Shown: positions 1 through 12,077 of the stretch, piece after piece | Layout: every line of letters begins with the position of its first letter | How positions within the stretch are numbered: the first letter of the stretch is position 1 | Assembly (NCBI GenBank): GCA_905178155.1 | Contig: CAJINV010000001.1 | Location: 2,222,089 to 2,286,088, forward strand | Reading direction: 5' to 3' | DNA from: Amoebophrya sp. A120 | Lineage: Eukaryota; Protista; Dinoflagellata | DNA length: 64,000 bases | Notes under the pieces: generated by a model | Database searches by the model: none | What the model was told of the DNA's origin: nothing | Seen by the model: only the letters and a program-made list of their open reading frames with translations | Translations under genes and position numbers: made by a program

Positions 1-1126
1 AGAGGGAGAGGGAGCAGGGGGCCACCACCCCCCGCTCTTGCGGGCGCAGGCCACGAACGCAGGGGGCCCCCGCCCCTCTTCGTGGTTAGGCAGAGGGCCC
101 GCTCCACTCGCCCCTGCGGTAACACAGGGGTCCCCCGCTTCGCACCCTCCCGCCCGCTAGGCGGAACGCAGGGGGGCCCGCCCCCCAATCTTCCCCCGCC
201 CCGCTCCCTAGCTAGGGGCTTTTGTGGTGGGGCGGTCTTGTTACACCAGGAAGAGTTAGCTACGTGATGCGAGCTCCTAGTGTTAAGTTCGTTACACGGA
301 GGCCAAGGCTAGTATATCAAAAGACGAAAAAAACTTCAACGCGCAAGTAGGGCGCCGGGGGTAGGCTCTTGTCGAACAATCATAACCATAAGCAGGGCGC
401 CGGTAGACTTTTTCTATGCTGTATCTCTTGCTGCAAGGTCATTTTTCATTTGCAAGGATCCAAGTGGCGCTAAGGTAAAGGTATCGCTGTCACTTTCTCA
501 AATCATCTGAAACGCGAGACCTAGGCTTCTAGTGGTCTCAGGTGAAAACAATCAATGTGCTGTGGCACAATCAGATCCAAGAAGGGGGCAACTCGCCAGA
601 TGTCACGTTGCTTGTTGCTGCACCACGTGGACAAACAAGCGCGAAAGCTCACTACGTGCCAGTTTTGGTTGATCTGCTTCTCCTGGATCCCTCGTCGCTT
701 TTCATTACCTCCAAGGGTGGCTCGACCTCCGTCAGGGATGTCTATTCGCCTTCCTCGCGTTCTTCCCGCTCGCCGCAGGGTGGGCGGGATATGGCCTCCT
801 AGCTAGCCTTCATTCCGAGGTAGCGGTGGATAAGGCAAGTACACAGACACAGGTGGGGGTGGGCGTGACATGGAGAAGATAAAACTTCCGCTTGTCTTCT
901 TCTACTTCATGATTAGACCACCCTGCACCCTTTACTTCTCTTCTGCTGCATCTCCTTTCGGTGACGCGCTGCTCTTTTGCATCCATCCGCCAATTGCGTT
1001 TGTTTCGCTGCATGGCACCGGGGTTAATTACTCACGGGTCTGTCTCGCACTGGGGAAAACCGCTCGTCTGAGTCGCCCAGGCATCCGGCTCTCGTACGCA
1101 GGAGAAGCTTGTTCTAGTGCGCGCCA

Positions 1127-1974
1127 TCAAGCCGGCGTGGTCGTCGTCGTCTTGCTCAACCTGGCTTCCAATTCCGCCTGTACCATGGTCATGTTCATTT
1201 CGAAGGTCTGGATCAACCGCCGCAGTTCCTGCGTGGACTTGTTCCGAAAATCCGTCGCTTCGGTATCCCCCTCCAAATCATGTAGCTCCGTCTCCAGCGC
1301 CTGCCGTTCCTTCAGCAGGGTCGCTACCTCCTCGTTCAATTCGTCAAAACGGGTTTGCAACTCCTTTTCCTCCTTCACCGCATCCGCGTCGTCGGACCGC
1401 GTCCGCAGGGTCTCCTCGCACTTGAACAGGCTCTCGATCGCGTGGCTCAAGTGCCCCTGAAAATCGTCCTCCCACGTGCGGTTCGTAGAAGATGCAGCGG
1501 GCTGGAGAGAGGAAGGGGAACGGGGCAGATCGCCTGGGTATTCATCCAGGAAGCTTTTTCATTTTATGATTTTGTGATAAGCTTCCTTTTGTTCTCGTTG
1601 GTCTGTGGAAGCCGAGGCCGTCCATATCGCGGCGCGCAAGAAAAAATGGCGAAGATGCAAACAAGAAGAAAGCCACGATCCAGAGCTGTCGCTAACGCTC
1701 CACATGATGAAAGAATCCGGAACTTCTTAAAAGTACCTATTATCGGACTCCGCACGGTAAGCCGATTTATGAGCGCTTGGTCATGGGGTTCGAAAAATTC
1801 GTCATTGAGGTTTTGTGGCGGTGGTGCCGGACCAGCCGGCTTCGTAGAAGTACTGCCTGAAGACGCGGATGCTGGTGGTGCGGCCTTTTTCGCGGCAGGA
1901 GCTGCGGCCGTGGCACTCGGAGCTTTACCCAAAACACCACTGCGCCACGCGGCTTCATCAGCTGAGTCCTCCAT
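1127..1974 (-). CDS. Hypothetical coiled-coil protein (probably 2 exons)
   Basis: ORF 1127-1450 is E/K/L-rich and heptad-like, and is preceded by a TTTTCAG acceptor at 1457. The upstream ORF segment MEDSADEAAW...INRLT can join it in phase 0 via a GTGCGG donor. Start is uncertain. Confidence 0.45.
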
Positions 1975-2556
1975 CTTTCTACTTGTGACAGAATTTTTTT
2001 CACGTGGATATCTAAAGTTGTCCCAAAACAAACAAAGCGAGGAGCAAAGCTTGTAGGTCTTGTGCTTTTCCTCTTCAAGGTCCACACGCACAATGATCTC
2101 GACGCCCTCACGACGACCGTCGTCGTTCGTTTCATACTCATTTAGTAAATTCTCACACGCAGACATAACTACCTTGATGCTCCGGCGGGACAGGAACAGG
2201 TGCCACTACACGGTTACGCAAAAAGACTTTGTGCAGAACAACGGCAACAACGTCCACTCAACCGACTTACAATGATCACCGCGATGAATTCGTTTCATAC
2301 GCCGTTGAGGCTTATGACCAACAAACTATAATCGGCGCGTATTCGCCCCGCGCCGCGGGTTAAGATTCTCTTTCTCATGTGAAATGGTGCATGCCATGAC
2401 CTCCCTTTGTTCTTTCTTACAACTGCGGTTTCTGTAACACTGCTAAGGGAACATCAATCAATGCTGTGGTCGTAGTCGTTCGTACATAATTTTTCTTGCG
2501 CTAGTAGAGCCAAATAGAAACATCTTCAAGACGTTTAATATGTTTATTCCGCCCCG

Positions 2557-3225
2557 TCATGAATCGATGGATTTTTTCCAGAAGTTTGGGTTTTGCGTTA
2601 ATTTTCTTCGAAAGGAGTCGAACCACTGCTCCAATGCCCCAATGGGGACGAGTTTCTCTTGCACCAACGCCTGCCCCCGCGTTCGCCACTGTTCCTCGGT
2701 GAGGATCCAACCGCTCATGTGATCGTAGCAGTTCTGCGCAAGCGCCTTCACAAATGTGAGGTAGTCCGTCTGTTGCTGCTGCACCTGCTGTTCCTTGGGC
2801 ACGATTTTCTGCTGTATTGCGGACAGCGGCTCGACGAGCACTCCTATCCTCGTAAACTGCGGTTCCGGTGTGACCGCGACGATCGCCGTTTCTGCAGACA
2901 ACATGGCTGGCTGTGCGGGCGGCGAGTTCGACGCACTGCTCTTAGAAGTACTGGCGGATGATGAGACGCGGAAGATCGCGGAGGGTTTGTCATTGGCCAG
3001 ATGCCCGAGGAACTTGAAGCCGTTGTCGGACAACATGAGGTAGACAGACGCGCCGTGGTTCTCCGGCAACGCTTGCGCACCGGTGAGGAAGAGAACCAAG
3101 TGCTGCAGCTGGGAGTGCGGCACTGGGAGCTGGAACATGATCTCGTTGTCGCTCATAATCTGCCCGTTCACTTGCACCGGCTGACCGGGAAGGATTAATC
3201 CGATCACGTTGCTCGTTGCGGCCAT
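2557..3225 (-). CDS. HIKESHI: Hikeshi/OPI10 (DUF775) Hsp70 nuclear import carrier
   Basis: Intronless ORF with the family motifs GLILPGQPV, HLVLFLTG..LP..GASVY, FLGHLANDKPSAIFRV and C-terminal VP..ALEQWF..F..KL..NPNFWK. Confidence 0.9.
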   Translation of the reverse strand: MAATSNVIGLILPGQPVQVNGQIMSDNEIMFQLPVPHSQLQHLVLFLTGAQALPENHGASVYLMLSDNGFKFLGHLANDKPSAIFRVSSSASTSKSSASNSPPAQPAMLSAETAIVAVTPEPQFTRIGVLVEPLSAIQQKIVPKEQQVQQQQTDYLTFVKALAQNCYDHMSGWILTEEQWRTRGQALVQEKLVPIGALEQWFDSFRRKLTQNPNFWKKSIDS

Positions 3226-4173
3226 GATCGATGTTAGTCGGATTCAAAAGTACAACTAGAGTCGGATGAAATAATGAAATAGCGACAGAAGTAGAGGATG
3301 AGACCTATCAGTTTCAAGCTGTGCTGTCGCTCTCCTTGTCCGTAATGAGCAATTTACGGATATTTATTCCTGTCAGCAGGGGAGTAGGACTCTGGACTCT
3401 CGATCTCGTCGTTTTAACTACCAATATCAGGAAGCAATGACTTCTAATTCATCTGTTTGATAGTGCAAACTCTAACTCTTTCTTAAATTTCTAGAAGATG
3501 TTGAGACGACCCTGCAACTAGAAGCAAATCATGAAACAGAGATACTAGTATGCATTGCCCACCGGTTTGCCTTCGCCGATGCATTTGCAGTTTTGTTTGT
3601 CGTCGATTCTTTCATTGTGTGATTCTGGAGTAAGATGCCGTTGTGAAAATCATCCTCCAATGAATTTTGATCTGCTAATGTGTATGCATGCAAAAATTTT
3701 GTACAGGATGTGTGGTTCCGCTTCGTACTTGAGACGACTATATCAAATTCCAAAAAAGTTGCTACATGTATGATGAAACAAAAACGAAGATTTTTGTGTG
3801 CTACTCAAGCGGTAATCTGCTTGATGCGCTCCGTTCATACTCCTAGGAAATTTTGAAAGATTAAGATTTACGATTGGAAAAACTATGATGAAAACAGATC
3901 TGACTAGAAGTCATCCTGTTTCTGAACTAGAATTTCTGCTATTGTTCCGAAGACTAAAAGATAACTGCTCATCAAAGATAAAGATTCATTGTAAATGTAA
4001 ACTCCGAATAAAACAGGTTAACGGAAAACTACCGATTCTTCTGGTGGTTGTAGTTCGAGTTCCAGTGTAATTGTACAGAATACTAATGATTTGACCTGGA
4101 GATGAATTATTGCAGGTGAAGTGTACTGTTGCTGACGCTTCTAGTTCTACCCAGCAAAAAATCTCATCATCCG

Positions 4174-7100
4174 TCAGTCTTCGTACGGCATCAGAACGGT
4201 GTAGGAAATCCGTTTCTTTTTCGGCACTGTGGACTGTTTCCGGATAACTTTCTGCGGTCCGCGGCGAAAACCGTAATCCGACAGGTTCATCAATTCGTCC
4301 GCGGCGTTCTGTGCCTGCATCTCCTCCTTCAGATCCCGCACCTCGTAAATGAGCCGGCGACTGCTCAACCGGCCCAAAGCCGACTGCTTCCGCCGCTGCT
4401 CGTTCATCTGCGATAAAGACTTCCCCGCGGCAATGCCCTCCGGCGGCCCCGCGCCGGACTTTTTTGGCATCTCCGTGAGTGTGCGCGCGCCGGGCACGAG
4501 GAAAGACTTGGGTTGGTGCTGGAACATATCAAATGTAAAAATGTCTGGGTCTGGAAGAATTCATGTTTGTCATGCTTGTCTGGCATGACTCTTAAATCTG
4601 TCATGCACGTTACCCAAGAGCTTCGCTTTTCTGTGATGCAGAAGCGCAGTTTGTCATGCAGAATAGGCAACACCTAGGAGCTCAGAAACTTGTCATGCTG
4701 AGCCAGCATCTGTAGCCTCATCATGAGACGCCACCCAGCATCACAAGTTAAAGTTTCCAGACCCAGACATTTTTGCATTTTATAGAACAGTGCGGGGCCG
4801 CACAGGTAGCTCGGCCGCGACTTCTTCCCGGTGTTGTTCTCCTGTTCCTCTTCGTCTTTATGGATTGCAAAAATGTCTGGGTCTGGAAGATTGCAACTTC
4901 TCATGCTAAAGCCGAATAGTGCAAAAATCTGTGTTGCATGAGTGCCAAAAGCTGTCCACTTTCGACCAAGTTGGGAGGGGGTTTCTCATGCAGGATAGGC
5001 ATGGCAGAGACCTCACAGACTCTGTCATGCTAGGTCCCGCATTCCAGACCTCAGGGGTCATGGAAAACCTGCATGACAAGTTTACACTCTTCCAGACCCA
5101 GACATTTTTACATTTGATAGTCTTCCGGGGAAGACGAACTCAGCATCCGACTGTTCTGCTTACTTCGGACCTGTTGCGATGTTGTGGTCTTTTTTCTCAC
5201 GACAGCACTGCCGGTGGAAGAGGTGGAAGTTGTTTTGTGCACCACGCGGGACGGAGGCGACGAGGCTTTATTGAGATCTCTCAGCCTTGTACTACTAGTA
5301 ATGCCTGTTGCAACCGGTGCCGTGGCCGGTCGCCGGTCGTATTCGAACTCGTCGAAAAAGTCATCTTTTTCATTCTTATCCACTGCAAAAGTATCGTACT
5401 CGTATGAATTGCAGGTATGCATGGCAAATCTGGGTGGTTTGCTAGTGCTACCTGAGTCTGCATTACAAATTCCAACTTTCATTTTCTTCTTGAAAGAATT
5501 TGTCATGCGCTTTATACTAGTACGACTACGATAACGATACTTTTGCAATGCATAATTCTCCTCCAGCTGCAAATCCTCAGTTTCTTGCAGTAAAGTCCTC
5601 GCTTTCAACTCGTCGGGGCGCAGCGTGGTCACCATGGACGAAGGAGATTCATTTTCGTTTCCGCCATGTGAGTCTTCTCCTGCTCCTGGTCTTCTTGACG
5701 AGACAAGAGATGAGACTTTGTTCATGGCGTTTGCGGACTCTTGTGACGCGGTTTTTAACACCCTTTCCGCTCGATGCTGTTCTTGCATCATCTCTTCCTG
5801 TTCGTGGTCTAGCACGACCGTTTCCCCTTCTTTGTAGTGCGCACCGAGACCGAACGCGAAGGTCATGCCCTTCTTCAGCGTCTTGTCTTTCATATTTTTC
5901 GCTGGTGATACTGACCTACTATTCGAAGATGCGGCTCTCGCCCCCGTCAGATCATCGTTCGGCCCGAGGCCCTGGAACATGCGCTGAAAAGCAATTTTCT
6001 GCTCCGCTTCGCTTCGTCGCAGTGGCGGTTCCTCGGGCACGACGAAGACCTTCTTCTTGTGTCCATTTGGCAACTCCTGGTCGGCTTCTCGCAAATTGAA
6101 CAGCGCCATCGCGTTGGCCCACGCCTCCTTCTCGGCCTGCTTCGGGACCACCCGCTCCGCGTAGCACCGCTGGAGGAAGGTGACTCCCTCGAAGTCCCGC
6201 GGGCCCATCTCAATTGCCGCACGGCCAAAGGCTTTCACCAAAAACCACCGCTTTTTGCTCAACCGGGATTTCGTGATGGCGTGCCGGTCGAACATCGACC
6301 GCTGCGCCTTCTCCTGCTCCTTTTGCGCGAGCATCCACAAGTTATTGTTAACCAGAATCCTCCGCACCGCCTCCTTATCGTCCGCGTCGCCGCACAGCAC
6401 GAATTTCGCATTTTCTGCCTGTTCTAGGTTCCGCAAATCATGCTCTTCCTGTTTCGACAGGTGCGCGATGTGGTCCGTGTCCTCCAATTCTGCCGACCCT
6501 AACTTTTCCGTCTGCTCATTCTTACTGCTCGCCGAACCAGCGGAATCCCGGCTGAATCTGCGGCCGGCCGCCGCACTGGAGGATCTTTTGGACACGACTC
6601 TCCTGTTACCCGCTCCTGGGGCAGAAGACGGTCTTCTACCACCGCTTTGGCTTTTCGGACTGAGCGACGACCCATGGTCCGCTCCCGCGAGAGATTCCAC
6701 CGCGAACACCGGACCGGTTATGCTTTTCGCCAATGCGTATCAAGTGCAAAAGTGTCTGGGTCTGGAAGAATGCAGACTTGTCATGCATATTTTCTATGAT
6801 GATTGATGCCTCTAATGCATGATCTAGCGACACAGATTTTTAGAGCGCTTCCTAAACCTAATGCCTATTCCGCATGAGAAATGCCCTCTCCACGTAACAC
6901 AAACTGGAGTCCTGTTGCTGGTCATGCAATACAGATTTTTTTGGAATTTAAAGACAGCATTACAAGTTGCAGTCTTCCAGATCCAGACATTTTTGCAATC
7001 CATAATGCGCCGACGTCTTTGAAGCGCTCCTGCTGTTCCTCGCGGAAATACTCCAGTGCCTCGTTTGCGTCACGGATAAAATCGCCCGGCGCGGGCGTGT

Positions 7101-8326
7101 CTACGTCGAAAAATTCCGCCACGCGGGAGTAGGGGTCCACGTCCGGATCCTCTTTCAGACCTAACGTTTCCAGCAGCTTCTCGTTCGTGGCAAACTGGCA
7201 GTCGCGAAACTTCGCCCGTATCTTTTCGCGTTTCGCCGGGTCCTGCATAAGCGAATTCCTTCTCGCCCACCAAGGGCTCGGGATACCCTGCTCCTTGAAA
7301 AAATCCAGGATGGCCTCCGGGGACTGGTCGGGGACGAAAGCGGAAGAACTGAAACTAGAACGGGAACGGGAGAATTGCAGCCCTTTCTCTATCTGATAAT
7401 TTCAACAAGTTGGAAGTTAGTATATTCACTAGATTCTGCTTGCAGAAGCAGATCGTCGATGTAGATGGCCTACAGCAACGGAAGCAGTTGTACCAAAACA
7501 AGAGACATCGATCATCTGACTAAGTATGAGAATCAGAATTTAGTAAAACTCACCCCAACTTTTGTCGTCCTCTCCGGCATCAAACTTTTGAACGGCCTCG
7601 GGTTTTCCCCGAGTACGCTGTCCGTCCGCTGGAAGTGCAGTTTTGGATTGCTCGCCGTGTCCACGATGCCCAGCTTGGCCGCCGCAATTGGGTCGCTGTG
7701 TCCGGCCGCTATGCCGTCCATCACGTCTTTAAGCGAGACGCGCTCGCCGCCCGTCCCATTGCGGCTCGGCGCGTTGGAGGATTCTGTTGGTTTTGGATTT
7801 GGAATGCGATATGATCGTCTATTTTCATGTCAATGTCATGTTGATATTGTAGATTGTAGCCTTCTTCTTGCGAAATGCTTTTAACCGCAAGAAGAAGAAC
7901 CCAGACTGCAAGCATGATGAATTTTACCTGCATCCTCGAAATCGTCCAAATAGTCTTCGGGGTCATCTTCCTCATCCTCCGACTGGTAGTTGCCCTCGTG
8001 GTATCAGATGCAAAAGTGTCTGGGTCTGGAAGAATTCGAGATTTGTGACGCAGTTTTGCCTGACCCGGATTGTCTGGCATGCAAGCCAGCACAGCAGCAC
8101 AGATTTCGAGCAGGTCTCCCAAGGCCTAAGACGCATGACAAATCCCCTGCTTCGGTAACAAGAAACGGGCACGGGGCCTTTTGCTGGCCATGCATGACAG
8201 AATTTCTCATGATGTAGAATTCGCATCACAAATTGGAATCCTTCCCGACCCAGACATTTTTGCATTTGATACGTGACGCATCGGAGGACCGGCGTCCACG
8301 CCCAATTCGTCCTCTGCGTAGGCCAT
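4174..8326 (-). CDS. Large hypothetical low-complexity protein; 8 exons (5 introners + 2 GT-AG introns)
   Basis: Start MAYAEDELG at 8326. The frame is continuous after removing introners 8002-8271, 6738-7004, 5377-5554, 4859-5119 and 4527-4784 (each plus one 5-bp repeat) and GT-AG introns 7784-7927 and 7393-7553. Junctions read PMRH/EGNY, EDA/ESSN, KVG/IEKG, VGAL/AKS, SPED/EEE and PALF/QHQ. Confidence 0.75.
4527..4784. mobile_element. Introner family A (258 bp), TSD GAACA
   Basis: TIR TATCAAATGTAAAAATGTCTGGGTCTGGAA...TTCCAGACCCAGACATTTTTGCATTTTATA. GAACA at 4522 and 4785. Removal restores frame. Confidence 0.92.
4859..5119. mobile_element. Introner family A (261 bp), TSD GTCTT
   Basis: Family A TIRs. 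GTCTT at 4854 and 5120. In-frame join. Confidence 0.92.
5377..5554. mobile_element. Introner family B (178 bp), TSD ATTCT
   Basis: TIR TATCCACTGCAAAAGTATCGT...ACGATACTTTTGCAATGCATA. ATTCT at 5372 and 5555. Stop-free and 3n, so ORF 5108-6733 reads through it. Confidence 0.88.
6738..7004. mobile_element. Introner family A (267 bp), TSD ATGCG
   Basis: Family A TIRs. ATGCG at 6733 and 7005. In-frame join. Confidence 0.92.
8002..8271. mobile_element. Introner family A (270 bp), TSD CGTGG/CGTGA
   Basis: Family A TIRs. Flanking repeat has 1 mismatch. In-frame join. Confidence 0.9.
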
Positions 8327-8771
8327 ACTTCGTTCTGAGACTATTTCTCGCTCGTCTTTAGAATTCGCACAGCACGTGGGGGTGGGGAAAAAAAGTCCCG
8401 TGCTGCAAAAAGAAAAGATGTGTGATTTCAATTTTGGTCAACAACGTTTTGCTTCCGAAATAGCTTAGCGTACGACAACGAGGCATCAAAAGGCAGTTGT
8501 CATGAACTAACACTGTACGCGTTTGTGAAAAAGACTGGCAAGCAGGCGCTACGAATCGAAAAAAAGACGAGTGCGACGACCCCCAGCCCCCCACGCATGG
8601 CAACAAAAAAAACGAAAAAAACCGGCAGCGCGTGCCACAATAAGTTGTTTTCCTTTTCGCAGCGATACATCCAACCGCAAATCAAGAGCAGATGCCCCCC
8701 AACCCATGGACGAGATATGATACGACCACATTGACCGACAACGGTCTTATGATACGAGATATGATACGACC

Positions 8772-9592
8772 TTATCCCGCGGGTCATCTGCTGTAGAATC
8801 CCGACGGCTTGCTGCTGCAGCTCCTGTGCGCCGGTGGCGTGGAGAACATCGTCCGGCACGACGTAGGAGATGTTAACTGCGCCAGCCCGCGATGTGGAAA
8901 TACTTATGGACCGGAGGAAGTCCGCTACTTTCTGGTCTTTTGCTGTCCCACTCCTCGTATCCAGCGCAAAAGGAATCGCACTCGTTCAATTTGTAATGCT
9001 CTTACTTAGTCTCGCATGACAGATCTGCTTTCCTGCATGACAGATTTGATTTCGTTTTTCCTGTCTGCATGACAAGTTTCATTTTTCCTGTTGCAAAATT
9101 TGTGAAGCGACTCCTGCTAGTGCGATTCTTTTGCGATGCATAAGCCATCGCGCGCTCCCACCCATACGGGGTCCCGACAACGAACATCCGTAACGCCCGG
9201 GTCTGGTTGTTCATTGCGCCGCCTGCCTGCTGCAGGTGGATGAGGGTGTGACGATCCGGCCCCGTCGGAACACTAACATTTGCCGCCACCTCCTTCAATA
9301 TCCTCGCCTGGATTGCCGCCTGTTGCTTGTTGATCAGCTGGCACGCAACGTGGACACGCGCCTCCCACTTGTCCGGGTCCGCACCAATTCCGAGAAGGAA
9401 AAGATGCGCCCCTCCGCCCATCATCACACCCAGTGGTATTCGTGTGTCGGAGCCAAACCCATGCAGCCCCGGACCACCCAAGGCGCTGCTGTTTGCAGTT
9501 GCAGTTTTGCTCGGACACAAAATCGTTGATGAGGGTACGCAAACCCCATGCCACTGCTCCCCTGCCTTCCACTGCATCTCCAAGTGGGTCAC
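8772..9592 (-). pseudogene. Gene fragment with an old family-B introner, running into the 37-bp repeat
   Basis: ORF 9002-9592 (...GWERAM) joins in frame to RSGTAKDQKVADFLRS...QQMTRGIR after removal of 8958-9142. The 5' part is disrupted by CCCTGCCTTCCACT repeats (9549-9657). Confidence 0.45.
8958..9142. mobile_element. Degenerate introner family B (185 bp), TSD eroded
   Basis: TATCCAGCGCAAAAGGAATCGCACT...AGTGCGATTCTTTTGCGATGCATA. Flanks CCTCG/AGCCA share only one base. Confidence 0.7.
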
Positions 9593-11187
9593 GTTCCACT
9601 TTGCCTTCCACCACTCCCCTGCCTTCCACTTCCCCTGCCTCCCCTGCCTTCCACTTGCTCACTGCCAGATGGCACGCTCACGAAGCCCCACCAGGTTTAT
9701 CGACGCCAGCCTGCCTTCAACCGCGCCACCTGGTTTGGCGGCAGTCAGCAGGTGTCCATCAACAGGTGCTGGGCAGACTGACGTATCCGAATGGGTGAGC
9801 TTCGGGATTGGTGTCCGGCGGGGATGAGCTGGGTCGCGAAAGAGTTGGCACTTGTTGCGTCCGCCATGCGGACTACATCCTGGAGGACCTGGAAAGGGGT
9901 GCTGCTTTTGTCCGGCCAAGCCAGTGAAATTCGTATCCACAGTGACACCGACACGCCCGTCCAAGTAAAACCGAAGATCGCCCCGGCATTGCATAACAGG
10001 ACGAAATAAACTTAATTAAATCTTGTGCCTAGCATTACATATAGGTTCCGAAGTCGAGACCTCTTCCGACATGAAGTGGCAACCGTTGCCATAGGCCAGA
10101 TTTGCATGCCACTACAACTCTACGACACACTCACAAAACTGCAACCAAAGTCACATGCACAATCAACATACAAGAACTCTCTGCCGATTTGGAACATCGA
10201 CGAGGCCAATTTGTAAAACGACGAGGGCAGTTTGCGATCGAGACAAAGTGAGTCGAAAATCACACAAAATGCAAAAGACCATGCAATTTTTTATCTCTCT
10301 CATCGATCCGAAAACGAAATTTGTCAACTTTTTGAATTTGTTTTGAATTCGTTTTGAATTGATTTTAATGTAAGGCACTTTGGAGTTAACCCCAACCCAT
10401 GGACGAGATATGATACGACCACATTGACCGACAACTCGGAAAGGGGTGTCCGAAGGGGGCAAAAATGCACCCCCCTGACCACCCCCCTTGCCGGGTTTCC
10501 TCTTCCGGGCGAACGTCCTCGCTGTGGTCCGGTCCCGGAGGTGGCCCAACCACTTCTCGAAGAGCGGGCCTATTCAACATTGCCGGGCCATCTGAGCGAC
10601 AACGCACAGCACGAAGGCGCTGCCGCCTGTTTCGTGTCTTGCTATGAAGGCCTTTTGAAAGCCGAGCTATCACGTTCCTCGTGGAAAAGATGAAGTGATG
10701 CTGTACTTCTGTTGATTTCCGGGTAGTTGACTCCCTGACAAGAGAAAAAAAAATACCCCCCCAAAGTGTGAGCTGACAAAAATGATGCTATTTGCCGATT
10801 TTTCCGCCCTAACATGGACGAGATATGATACGACCACATTGACCGACAACGATGTGCAGTGTCCCCTAGTTCTACGAATTGTTACTTAGAGCTTTAACAC
10901 GCGTTAGCATGAGACGTGGCGAATCTCTAGTGAATTTTGCATGACAAATAGCAGAGGAGACTGCCGGGACATTGTCCCTCTCGCCCTTCTGGGAAGAGCG
11001 TTCTGCACACCGCAGAACTCGCCGGCTATGCGGCAGGCAGCTGGACATGGCCTGGGCGTCGTTCTTTGGCCATGTCTTTTCGTCTTCCTGTGCTTGCAAA
11101 AGAGCAGGCACTGCAGCAGCCGTGGCAAAGACGCCAAAAACAAGAGCCGCGAAGCACATACAGTTTAGGCAAGATGACGGCCCCACT

Positions 11188-11429
11188 TCCCAGGGCCTAC
11201 CTGTGCACTTTTTTGAGCACTTTTCTGCGCTAAAGTTTGCTTATCACGGTCGAAAATGGGCGCCCGGTGAATTTTGGGGTGAATTTTGAAAAAGCCGTGG
11301 GTGAATTTTGGCCCAAGGTGCCTATTCAAAATTCGCTAACGCACGAGAAACTCCGGGTTTTGGTGCTTCAAAAAAGTTTCGCCAAAACAAAAAGCCCCAA
11401 AATTCACCAAGAAGATTCCTGACCTGGGA
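11188..11429. repeat. Small foldback/MITE-like segment with GGTGAATTTTG subrepeats
   Basis: TCCCAGG...CCTGGGA ends. GGTGAATTTTG occurs three times at ~11265-11310, with an inverted copy CCCCAAAATTCACC at ~11395. Confidence 0.4.
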
Positions 11430-12077
11430 GTCACGTCAAAGAAGACTAGAGGACCCGACCAAGATGAGGCAGGAACACAGCTGGGACGAAGTTACAGAGC
11501 AAAGCAGGCGATGCTAGCATCCATTGCAACGCGTCTCCAGATGTTCAGGCCGAGACAGCAACGACCCGTGACGCGACTTCTCTATTTTGAGATATTGAGC
11601 TACTGCCCCTGCCCCCCTTTCCAGGCATGGCCCTCCCTATCGATCCGCCACCATCGAGTCTGTGGACCAACATGGAGTATTGTGTTGTAATACCGGCGCC
11701 ACAAGCCACCTGTGTTGCTTCTGCAGCCCACCAGCAGATGCCCCCCAACCCATGGACGAGATATGATACGACCACATTGACCGACAACGATGTGCAGTGT
11801 CCCCTAGTTCTACGAATTGTTACCGACCTTGACCTTGATTTTTGGAAGCACTTATTGGTATTTTCTTGAACAAAAGAATGCAGCAAAACGAAGAAAAGGC
11901 ACATAAACATATGCGGCTCCTCATGATTTTATTCGCTACGGTCAAACCGCGAGTTGTTGTACCACCAGCATTTACATCTAGGTTTCTATACTGATTGAAT
12001 GATTTACTTTTTCCACCTTTCGTGTCTGTTTCTTTTTTTTATCTACCACTTGACCCAGCAAGGATTTGACAGTCACA

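Larger units (their letters stand above)
8687..11823. repeat. Four identical dispersed 37-bp direct repeats ATGGACGAGATATGATACGACCACATTGACCGACAAC (8706, 10399, 10814, 11752) with shared flanks
   Basis: Exact core copies. Left flank AGCAGATGCCCCCCAACCC is shared by copies 1 and 4 (partly by copy 2). The 35-bp right flank GATGTGCAGTGTCCCCTAGTTCTACGAATTGTTAC is shared by copies 3 and 4. Confidence 0.9.

Noticed and set aside
1-800. GC-rich GCAGGGGGCC repeats suggesting a TE end
   Set aside because: Truncated by the window edge; no partner terminus or TSD visible.
8706-11788. CRISPR array or integron from the 37-bp repeats
   Set aside because: Spacers are 378-1656 bp and irregular. No cas or integrase genes are present, and the context is eukaryotic.
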